A stretch of DNA of 60,172 bases, the filler included. It is 7 parts of 7 records of this genome, joined end to end, with 100 filler letters (N's around TTAATTAATTAA, not from the genome) between each part and the next. Parts side by side here need not be neighbours in the genome. Positions count along the whole stretch, not along the records: positions 1 to 14,329 come from DRR723986_17896; 6 more parts are not named here. One strand, 5' to 3'. Below are positions 1 through 8,085 of the stretch, in pieces. Made by a program: the position numbers and the translations under genes. Below the pieces are notes generated by a model. The model was not told where the DNA came from and did not search any database. It saw only the letters and a list, made by a program, of their open reading frames with translations. Every line of letters begins with the position of its first letter. Position 1 is the first letter of the stretch.

Positions 1-46
1 GCCCCCTTTCACCTGCGGTGGGTGGCTGGCTTTTTTTTCTTGTTAG
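1..46. repeat. Dispersed structured repeat, alpha-type end (partial, cut by window start)
   Basis: GCCCCCTTT-CACCtgcGGTG-GGTGGCTGGC-T-tract-CTTGTTAG aligns with the copies at 6898 and 14050. Confidence 0.7.
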
Positions 47-81
47 TTGGTGGGAGGGGAGATGGAAGACGGGGAGTCAAA

Positions 82-1464
82 CTACTCAGTCTCGTTGGTA
101 TCAAGATATGAAACGACACAGACAATAGCCTCCACGAATGGTAGACTCTTAGCCGCGATACGCAACCACTTAATACGTGCGCGCTTCTTTTTTGCTTCTG
201 GGGACTCACCCGTATGCGCCTCGCTATTCAGTCTTTTATACTCATCATCCAACCAATCTGAGACAGCATGTACTAAACCATCTCGAGTGGTTGTAATCAA
301 AAAAGCTCCAAGACTACCATGCTCGTCAATTGCATACTCTACAAAATCATAAATAACTGCAATTGGAAGTGGAACAAACGCCAGAACAATACACTTGCAG
401 AGCTCGCGGCTTCTACTTGAGAATGCCAGCATGCCTTCAGAACCATCAGTTGCGCATGTTCCTGCGCTACTTGAGGGTATTTCCCGGCTCGGCTGAATAC
501 TTAGGTGTAAATTTTGGCCATAAAAAGAAACCATTTCATTTGTCATTTCCTCCAATGCATCAAAGCTATAAATAGCCATGATATCATCATCAAGTAAGTC
601 GCCATCCATAATGTGAATTTCAACGGGGGAGCCGATAAGATAGTCGAACCTTACAAAGGAGTTCGTCCACGCGGGGCTCAGGTCATTCGGCACGTCGCAG
701 GTGCGTAATATCATATTCGAGTCATAATAGATCTCGGCATATGGATCACTTACACCTGGGCCGGCCATCCCTTCAATATCTTCTAAATTTTCAGCGCGGT
801 GCAGTTGAATTTCATAGCGTTTGTAGTCGTTTGCATCAAGCTCCTTGGCTTGTTTTCGCACCTCCGCCACCGTGCGGTCAATGTTATCTTTGACCTCTGA
901 ATCCAAGTCAGGCTCCGGAGCCGGGACTGCTTCACTTGCAGAAAAAGCGAGGAACACAAGCGCTTCCCAAAACGGCACGTTTGAAGTATTGAGAACAAAC
1001 TTGAATCGTCGAGGGCCGGCGGTGACTTCACCGCTAAAATTCCTGAGTTCTCTGTTAGTGGTAAAATTGTTAACGAGTCCGTGAACCTCAACTCCGCTCA
1101 ACTCAAACATTCCGGTATCGCGATCAAATTCGATGTCGTCTGTAAGCTCAGCAACAAGCGATGGAAGTTTAATACTTTCGGTACTCATCTTCCTGCCGAA
1201 CTCATCTATCTGAACGTCATAGATTGTAGCATCATTATTAACATACTTTTCGATCAATGATATTCTGTGTTCAATTCCGGAGCCCATCTCCTCAATCTGG
1301 ATGGCAATTTGAGGCTCCTGGCACTTAATCGCAGAACTTGGGTATCCCAATACGGCAATGTACAAAACCGATATAAGTGCGCACGAGAGGGAGTTCCATC
1401 GAAGTGCAATGCAGTTGATATTGCGGATTGAACAGGCAATGTCCATAATGTTAATAGTTCGCAT
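82..1464 (-). CDS. Hypothetical exported/membrane protein with a C2 (Ca2+/lipid-binding-type) domain
   Basis: 460-aa ORF with a hydrophobic N-terminus. Segment YEIQLHRAENL..SDPYAEI..LRT..NDLSPAW..VEIHIMDGDLLDDD (nt ~491-820) matches the C2 motif pattern. Confidence 0.7.
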   Translation of the reverse strand: MRTINIMDIACSIRNINCIALRWNSLSCALISVLYIAVLGYPSSAIKCQEPQIAIQIEEMGSGIEHRISLIEKYVNNDATIYDVQIDEFGRKMSTESIKLPSLVAELTDDIEFDRDTGMFELSGVEVHGLVNNFTTNRELRNFSGEVTAGPRRFKFVLNTSNVPFWEALVFLAFSASEAVPAPEPDLDSEVKDNIDRTVAEVRKQAKELDANDYKRYEIQLHRAENLEDIEGMAGPGVSDPYAEIYYDSNMILRTCDVPNDLSPAWTNSFVRFDYLIGSPVEIHIMDGDLLDDDIMAIYSFDALEEMTNEMVSFYGQNLHLSIQPSREIPSSSAGTCATDGSEGMLAFSSRSRELCKCIVLAFVPLPIAVIYDFVEYAIDEHGSLGAFLITTTRDGLVHAVSDWLDDEYKRLNSEAHTGESPEAKKKRARIKWLRIAAKSLPFVEAIVCVVSYLDTNETE

Positions 1465-1710
1465 TTGGTTAACATACCAGAAAGGTGCAGTGTATAATGC
1501 TTACAGGTGATCACCAAATCGGACGCCGCAGATCGCCAGACGACATCGGTACTACTTGGAAAAGTGAGGTGTTTTCAATATCCGTTGATGGAATCGGCAC
1601 GGGAACATCCCTCAACGAACCAGACAGGCATCCCAAGGAACAAGGATCATAATACTCTGGTGAATTTCACGCACCTACGAAGCGCCAATTATAGTCAATA
1701 TCGCGATCCA

Positions 1711-2235
1711 CTAAAAATACACCGCTGCTGTTAATGCGACACCCGTCCGCACAGTGATATTCCCTGGATTACTAAAGCGAGTTGAATTGTCATCTGGTAG
1801 AATCAAGTCGAGCTGTGCTTCAACTCCAATGCTGAATTCGTCACCCTTAAAGAAGTAATCGGCACCAAAACCAGCACCAAAAATAAGGTCGATCGTATTC
1901 TCTCCTTCTTCGGGACCGAAAATGAATAGCCCGGCGCGCGGTTTAACATAAGTCGCAACGTCACCATCGGTTATGTATTTATCAAAAAATACTTTCACCC
2001 CAAAACCGAGAGTGAAATCCAAACCAAGTCCCTCTTGATACAGTGCTCCAATGGACGGCTCAAAAATAACCCTCTTGCCGGCCCACACTGGTACACTAAT
2101 TGTCGTCTGATTTGCCTGAAATGCACCCGACAGCCCAACCTGTGCGTTGGCTGCAGGCACTGCACCAAAGTACACAAGAGAAATGGCCATGGCTACAATC
2201 CAGTATAGCTTGCAAACATTTTCACAACTCGGCAT
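1711..2235 (-). CDS. Small outer-membrane beta-barrel protein
   Basis: Signal peptide ending ANA-Q, alternating hydrophobic strands, C-terminal Phe (AAVYF), GGAG upstream of the ATG. Confidence 0.7.
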   Translation of the reverse strand: MPSCENVCKLYWIVAMAISLVYFGAVPAANAQVGLSGAFQANQTTISVPVWAGKRVIFEPSIGALYQEGLGLDFTLGFGVKVFFDKYITDGDVATYVKPRAGLFIFGPEEGENTIDLIFGAGFGADYFFKGDEFSIGVEAQLDLILPDDNSTRFSNPGNITVRTGVALTAAVYF

Positions 2236-2478
2236 TTCTCGTTCTCCAATGGTATTTACTAATTAGACATTCTTGGTGAGTACTTATAAGTACATCCGTC
2301 CCTAGCCAATATGATTGACCATTATAGGTTTCAGGGCCTCTCCGAATGATGTGCAGCTATGTTACGTATCCTACCCAACACTATCAACAAGTAGGCACTA
2401 CGTATTTTGACTTCCGGATACGTAGTTTATAGCCGGCCACGAGCAGATAAGACGTGCGCTGCTCGCGTAGCAAGCAAC

Positions 2479-2505
2479 AAGCTGTTAGCCTTAGGCTAAC
2501 AGCTT
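2479..2505. repeat. REP-like palindrome
   Basis: Perfect AAGCTGTTAGCCT-T-AGGCTAACAGCTT, identical to 7897-7923 beside the RAYT gene. Confidence 0.85.
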
Positions 2506-2640
2506 CGAGGTTCAAATCGTTGAGACCAAAGACTGAAGTCAGGACGCAGAATCTGATTTTCGAACGAAAGAAATAGCCAACTGTATCACCGAAATATGGA
2601 TCGAACGTTATCTTGTATTCTCGCAGATTCAGTCTTCAAG

Positions 2641-2699
2641 ACAACCGGGTCCAGCCTCCATCGATTACAGAAGGGGCTCGACCCGGTTGTAATTTTTTT
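2641..2699 (+). terminator. Intrinsic terminator-like hairpin
   Basis: ACAACCGGGTC...GACCCGGTTGT stem followed by AATTTTTTT. Confidence 0.55.
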
Positions 2700-3010
2700 G
2701 GTTCTCAAATCCCAAACCGCTCAACCCAAATCCCGCCACACATCCCCTAAACTACCGACCGCTAAACCTCTTTGCCTTGCAATTGTCAAATTCCAAATAA
2801 GTTGGGACCTCGAATCAATTGTTATCCTGAGTCCAAGTAGACTCAAACGCCGTTTTGCAAGTCTCAAAACTCGAGGACTTCTCGGCTTTGCCGACTCACA
2901 ACATGCTGGCTGCAGTCTATCAGCTTGTCGTTTGATTGTCGCTCTACATCTAATTACTCAGCGACAAAGAGTCTTTAAGACTCAAAGACTGACAACTCCA
3001 ATCCCAAAGA

Positions 3011-3090
3011 TTAACAAGAGAAAGAAACAAGCCGGAAGGCCAAAGCCAAGGGCGAAGTGATTTAACAAACAAGCCAAGGGCGAAGTGATC
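3011..3090. repeat. Dispersed structured repeat, beta-type end, plus a tandem internally deleted copy
   Basis: TTAACAAGAGAAAGAAACAAGCCGGAAGGCCAAAGCCAAGGGCGAAGTG (3011-3059), then TTAACAAACAAGCCAAGGGCGAAGTGATC (3062-3090). Near-identical to 7993-8045. Confidence 0.8.
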
Positions 3091-3384
3091 ATACCTCAAG
3101 AACCACGCAGACCTCACCACAAGAAACAGAAATATCAGCGCCAGGCCCGACTGATACTGGCTCCGGCAACAACGTACTGAATATTTAATGAATTGTAATC
3201 AACATCCAGCGTATATGTTTAGCGGCATGTGAAGAGTTAGTCGTTCAAAGGGCATGAAATCCCGAGGCACAGATTCAAACGCGTGCAAACCACAACAGCT
3301 TCCTGGTTCCACATCATTTCCCAGCCACGTTATGCCAAGTCAATTGGCAATGTATCATCTAATTGAATCAAGTGGAGGATAGGT

Positions 3385-4929
3385 ATGTTTACATACTCGT
3401 TTAAACACGCAAGTCGAGTCCTGTTTTTGTTAAGTGCACTCTTTATATTTAACAATGGGCCAGACCTGCACGCCAGTGCTTGCTGCCCGTCGATTTCAAC
3501 AAACATTGTGCTTAACTCACCCAACGACTGTTGTTACTATTTGGTATTGGACCGCCAGGATACACAAGGCTGCGAAATTACGAAGATTCGCATAACGACG
3601 ATATCTGGATTGACTATTAGCTCGGCTGCTGCATTTGGGGCAGGTGTTGGCATCTCCCAAACAAGTAGTGTTGCAGTATGGGATCAGAGTCCGCAGTTTC
3701 CGCAGGGACAGAGTTTCTTTGGAGAAATTTGTTTTTCTTCGAGTGCCATGTGCGGAACGATTAAACTCGAATACTTTGATCATATTTCGGGTAACTGGAT
3801 TTGTGGTCAGTTTATTGACATCTGCTGTCCGGCCTGGCAGTGTTGCCCCGAACTGGCTCCGACGCTCGTTCCAGTTAACGGTTCCAACTGCTGCTTTGAT
3901 GTCTACCTGGACCGCGGAAATACGCAGGGTTGTGAAATTACACATGTGCGTGTTAAAGCTCTGACCGGCGCCGGCCTGCAGTCGGCTTCAACAAACAATC
4001 CAAATGTTACAGCAACACAGCTTACGGCCAATGTGGCGGTCTTTGAGCATAATTCACAATTCTCGCAGGGTTTAACGCACGTAGGACAGGTCTGTTTTGA
4101 TGCAACAGATTTGTGCGGAACTGTTAAAATCGATTTCCGCGATGCAGTTTCAAACAGCTGGATATGTAACGTTGAAGCCGAATGGTGCTGCGGTACCTGG
4201 GCCTGCTGCCCGGATCTGGAACCCATGGTTTATCCTTCGAATCAAAGTGCCTGCTGTTACGAAATCGATATTCAACAAGGTGTTGGCATTCTGTGCGAAA
4301 TCACCAAAGTCCGTGCAACCTTAAGTGGCGGTGGAATGATTTACGCTTATACCAATGAGCCGGCATTCACGGCAACACAAACTGGCAACACAGTTGAGTG
4401 GGCCAAAAACAGCCTGGCATTTGTGAATGGTTCCAATATTGTTGGTACAATTTGTTTTGATGATATCCCCCCCTGCGCGACTCTTACCTTGGAGTACTTT
4501 GACTTTGGCTCAGGGACCTGGATTTGTCAGGACGAAATTGAAATCTGTTGCGCCATAGGTGGCAACCTGTTCAACCCTGAAGATGCGCGCGAGTCTGGAG
4601 CCGACATCCCTGTACGTCAGGATGACGTACAGTTAACAACCGACGTTGAGAAACCGGCCGGCACGGATGGTTTAAGTCTATATGTTAAACCTAACCCGGC
4701 GAATGCACAGGCTCTGATTCAGTTTAACCTGCGTGAGACCGCGAATGTCAATCTGGCAATCTACGACATGAATGGCACCCTGGTCAGCCAGCTGATCAAC
4801 AATGCAGCACGTGTGGGAGAAAACCAGGTAGAGCTTAACACTCAGACGCTGAGTCAGGGACAGTATATGGTGCGTTTAAGCACCGCTGATGGACGCACGC
4901 TGAACATTCCGCTGTCGGTAGTCCGCTAA
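3385..4929 (+). CDS. Secreted Cys-rich triple-repeat protein with T9SS type-A-like C-terminal sorting domain
   Basis: Signal peptide. Three ~120-aa repeats start at CCP (3481, 3841, 4204), each with 10 Cys. C-terminus is LYVKPNPA..IYDMNG..LSQGQYMVRL..LSVVR. Confidence 0.85.
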   Translation: MFTYSFKHASRVLFLLSALFIFNNGPDLHASACCPSISTNIVLNSPNDCCYYLVLDRQDTQGCEITKIRITTISGLTISSAAAFGAGVGISQTSSVAVWDQSPQFPQGQSFFGEICFSSSAMCGTIKLEYFDHISGNWICGQFIDICCPAWQCCPELAPTLVPVNGSNCCFDVYLDRGNTQGCEITHVRVKALTGAGLQSASTNNPNVTATQLTANVAVFEHNSQFSQGLTHVGQVCFDATDLCGTVKIDFRDAVSNSWICNVEAEWCCGTWACCPDLEPMVYPSNQSACCYEIDIQQGVGILCEITKVRATLSGGGMIYAYTNEPAFTATQTGNTVEWAKNSLAFVNGSNIVGTICFDDIPPCATLTLEYFDFGSGTWICQDEIEICCAIGGNLFNPEDARESGADIPVRQDDVQLTTDVEKPAGTDGLSLYVKPNPANAQALIQFNLRETANVNLAIYDMNGTLVSQLINNAARVGENQVELNTQTLSQGQYMVRLSTADGRTLNIPLSVVR

Positions 4930-4974
4930 AATTGCACTATTAGAGTCGTTTACAGCTAAGTAGAAATGGAGTTG

Positions 4975-6678
4975 TCAGGGTCTGCCATTGAGCACCCCGG
5001 CAACTCCATCTTCTTTGGCAGAAAACTGCTGCAGAAAAGAAGTAAGGTTCAAATTGCGCGGTAGTTGTACTTTTTTACGGATCCGCTGCCGATGAGTATT
5101 AATTGTATGGTCCGACAAGCAGAGGGTATCGGCGATTTGTTTACTCGTCATATCGAGTTTGAGCAGGATGCATACTTTTAACTCGCCAGGCGAGAGCTGT
5201 GGAAAAGCCTTCGTCAGGTTAAGAATGTAATTACCGTGTACAGATGTAAACAATTTTTCGAGTAAGTCCCATGCCGGCTCAGCATCCAGCTGTTTTTGGA
5301 GCGTGTGTGATAACTGGCGCAAAGCCCTAAGTGTTTTGCCTGAGCCACTGCGCTCAAGCTCGGCAATTTCGCGTTGAAGCTCAAGCAGGCTCGCGTGTTT
5401 CTGCGTGATCGTTAGCGCCATTTTAACAAGCTCCTTGTCCAGCTGCTCAACTCTATTTTCCAGAGTGACATTCTGTTTATACAGCAGTTCTTTTTCAATC
5501 CGGCTTTGCTCCAAATCATAGCGCAGTTTAAGTCCTGCTATTCGCTGCTGTATTTTCTTGCCATAGAGTTCTTCGTCAAGATCTGCCAGTTTCTGCTCAT
5601 ACAACGCCGCTTGCTGCGGCTCGTTAAGTTTGGTATGCAGCCCTACCAAAACTTCATATGCAAATGAGCGGGTATGTGGCAATCCTTGCTCTTCAACTTG
5701 GTCCAGAATGGCGTATATACCAGTGTGTGCCTCTGACAGGTCATTGGGCTTCAGGCGTATCAGCAATTCACTTTTGAAGATCAGTCCACTCAACTCAACG
5801 CCACGCAAACCATATTGACGCGATTCCCGGATCATGCGCTGCACAACTGCCATTGCCTGCTCTACATTGCCCATCTCCATGTAACAATGCGCAATATTTT
5901 CAAGTCGGATGACTGCATCAATATTCTGATTTAGATCCAGAAATTTTTGATGTATGTTTTCGAGTACCGGCAGTGCCTCTGCAAAATTGCCCCGCTCCAT
6001 GTTCATTGTGCCAACGGAGGCAAGGCAAAATAGCTCGACCTCTGTATTGCCATATTGTTTTGCTAACTGTATACAATATTGGTTGGCACTTTCGGATTGA
6101 GTCAGGTCGCCCAAATAGCGATAAACAATTGCAATGATTCTCCAGATACTAGCGCGAATGTGATGTTTATTACTTTTTTGCGCCTCTAAGTCGACGCGGT
6201 GAAGTGTTTCCATCGCTTCCGGCAGCATCGCCAGGTCGTAGTAAATACGTGCCAGGCTACGCTGCCCCAACAAGTCAAAAGAATTGTGATTCTCGTGAAT
6301 CGCTATAGACCGGCGCAGACAAGCAATCGCTCCATCCCAGTCCAGGCGATTGCGCGCCAGGATGTAGCGTATGCGATAGATCTCGGCTTCCGTGTACCAG
6401 TCTCCATCGGCAATTGCACCTTCAAGAGCTTTGTCAAGCAGGCGTTCGGCCTGAGAATTGTTCTGCGCGATTGCCTGTTCGTCGGCCAGGATCGTGTAGC
6501 AGCGTTGAATTCCGGTGCTTACACCAATCTTTTGCGCAAACTCGATCGCCCTGTGTGCCTTGTCAGGTCCCAATGCATTGCTGGTTTGCATTGTTTTTTC
6601 GGCATCGGCAATCATCGCCGCTAATTCTGCAGCGGCATCTACATGCTCTGTGTGTTTGTTGGTGAGGTGACTTGACAT
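4975..6678 (-). CDS. TPR-repeat protein with C-terminal LuxR-type HTH (transcriptional regulator)
   Basis: Helical TPR-like repeats, a coiled coil, then PQLSPGELKVCILLKLDMTSKQIADTLCLSDHTINTHRQRIRKK. Confidence 0.85.
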   Translation of the reverse strand: MSSHLTNKHTEHVDAAAELAAMIADAEKTMQTSNALGPDKAHRAIEFAQKIGVSTGIQRCYTILADEQAIAQNNSQAERLLDKALEGAIADGDWYTEAEIYRIRYILARNRLDWDGAIACLRRSIAIHENHNSFDLLGQRSLARIYYDLAMLPEAMETLHRVDLEAQKSNKHHIRASIWRIIAIVYRYLGDLTQSESANQYCIQLAKQYGNTEVELFCLASVGTMNMERGNFAEALPVLENIHQKFLDLNQNIDAVIRLENIAHCYMEMGNVEQAMAVVQRMIRESRQYGLRGVELSGLIFKSELLIRLKPNDLSEAHTGIYAILDQVEEQGLPHTRSFAYEVLVGLHTKLNEPQQAALYEQKLADLDEELYGKKIQQRIAGLKLRYDLEQSRIEKELLYKQNVTLENRVEQLDKELVKMALTITQKHASLLELQREIAELERSGSGKTLRALRQLSHTLQKQLDAEPAWDLLEKLFTSVHGNYILNLTKAFPQLSPGELKVCILLKLDMTSKQIADTLCLSDHTINTHRQRIRKKVQLPRNLNLTSFLQQFSAKEDGVAGVLNGRP

Positions 6679-6897
6679 TTGGGGCTCTCCAATCTGACTG
6701 AACTCTGATTACCGTTTGGCGCCAATACATGTATTGACAGCAAATCCTGCTTTGCCGGGCACGTTTATGTTAATGACAGTAAAACGACCAAAACATCCCA
6801 AATTCACAGGTTCACTTGCTATAGTATTCCACACATAATGGCAGAGTATTGGTGCACAAGCAGAGTTTTAGGAGCATTTCACTTAAACACCGCGGCA

Positions 6898-6954
6898 GAG
6901 CGCTTCGCCCCCTTTGACCTCCGGTCGGTGGCTTACTTTTTTCCTTTTTGTTAG
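6898..6954. repeat. Dispersed structured repeat, alpha-type end
   Basis: GAGCGCTTCGCCCCTTT-GACCtccGGTC-GGTGGCTT-T-tract-TGTTAG. Confidence 0.8.
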
Positions 6955-6990
6955 GCGCTGGGTGGTCAGCGATCAGCTTTTGACGACTAA

Positions 6991-7035
6991 ATTCAACTCA
7001 GGCTGTTAGCCTAAGGCTAACAGCCTGAGTTGAAT
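6991..7035. repeat. Extended REP palindrome just downstream of RAYT
   Basis: Perfect 22-bp arms: ATTCAACTCAGGCTGTTAGCCT-A-AGGCTAACAGCCTGAGTTGAAT. Confidence 0.9.
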
Positions 7036-7053
7036 ATTCAGATTGATGAAACA

Positions 7054-7671
7054 CTATGATATTTTTAGAATCGAAGAGTAAAGTGATTTCTTCTCCGTGT
7101 TTTTGAGTTCACTCATATACTCATTGACATCTTTGAAGCAATCCGTTACACTACAGTCCAGATACTCGTCCCGGCAGCCACTGTTGAAAGCAGCCATGGA
7201 TGACCATTTGTATTTCAACGGATCATCCAAGAAGCCATGCTTGACCGGGTTATGATGGGTGTAGTGAATCAGGTGATTGAAATATGCCGTATCTAATACT
7301 TCCCTCCGTCTGAAGGTGTCGCGAAAAAGACTCCCGGAACGATTGTATTCCTTGTTTACAGCCATCACGAAAGTGCTAAAAGCGTTTGAAAAGGCTCTTG
7401 AAGGATTCTTGACTCTAAAATGCATCGACTCTTCTATCTCATTCTGCTCTTGTCTTCTCAAGAAGTATTCGTTCTGTTCTTCCTCGGTTCTTATACGTAC
7501 AATGAAATGATAATGGTTAGGCATAAGGCACCAAGCGTACACTTGCGCCACAGGCAGAATATACTTCCGGCTTAGGTTAAGGAAGTCGATATAGTTTTTG
7601 CTGCGGCGATATAAAGTTTCACCATTATTCCCTTGATTGTAGACATGGTATCTGACTGACGGTTTAAGCAT
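7054..7671 (-). CDS. rayT: REP-associated tyrosine transposase (RAYT, Y1/HUH superfamily)
   Basis: YHVYNQGNN, AWCLMPNHYH (HUH), RSGSLF, LIHYTHHNPVKHG..YKWSS (catalytic Tyr region). Flanked on both sides by palindromes. Confidence 0.9.
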   Translation of the reverse strand: MLKPSVRYHVYNQGNNGETLYRRSKNYIDFLNLSRKYILPVAQVYAWCLMPNHYHFIVRIRTEEEQNEYFLRRQEQNEIEESMHFRVKNPSRAFSNAFSTFVMAVNKEYNRSGSLFRDTFRRREVLDTAYFNHLIHYTHHNPVKHGFLDDPLKYKWSSMAAFNSGCRDEYLDCSVTDCFKDVNEYMSELKNTEKKSLYSSILKIS

Positions 7672-7896
7672 TTGCTACTCCTACATTGGGATTATGAATT
7701 TCACGAGGAAGCTTAACGAATCATTGGACAGCATACAGTGTTAAAACAGTGAGTGAACCGTAAATCCAGTTTAGCGGTGCGATTAAATGGTTTACTGGTC
7801 TTTGGTCTTGAGATAAAACCTAAAAGTCGCCTATGGGTGGGCAATGTTTTACCATCCATTCGGGTGCACATAGACTGAACAGCCAAGATCCCAGCG

Positions 7897-7923
7897 AAGC
7901 TGTTAGCCTTAGGCTAACAGCTT
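7897..7923. repeat. REP-like palindrome upstream of RAYT
   Basis: AAGCTGTTAGCCT-T-AGGCTAACAGCTT. Confidence 0.88.
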
Positions 7924-7992
7924 GAGTACAACAGCCAAGCGACTTGCATTCTTCAACGCCAATTCACCGCCCTCACACCCCAAACCCAACAA

Positions 7993-8045
7993 CTAACAAA
8001 AAGAAAAAACAAGCCGGAAGGCGATTAGCCAAGGGCGAAGTGCTC
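7993..8045. repeat. Dispersed structured repeat, beta-type end
   Basis: CTAACAAAAAGAAAAAACAAGCCGGAA-GGCgattaGCC-AAGGGCGAAGTGCTC, inverted relative to 6898-6954. Confidence 0.8.
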
Positions 8046-8085
8046 AAGTCAACAAAACCAAAGACTTGAGACTAGCCCCCCAGAC

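Noticed and set aside
2596-3060. 154-aa plus-strand ORF
   Set aside because: Runs through a terminator-like hairpin and the beta repeat, and its composition is not protein-like.
7054-7671. IS200/IS605 tnpA with tnpB or guide RNA
   Set aside because: No tnpB/iscB nearby. Length and the C-terminal NPVK.G..WSS motif fit RAYT rather than IS200 TnpA.
6898-8045. Integron (attI/attC) reading of the GTTAG-ending repeats
   Set aside because: No IntI in the window, copies are inverted pairs rather than a direct array, and single copies lack complementary RYYYAAC/GTTRRRY ends.
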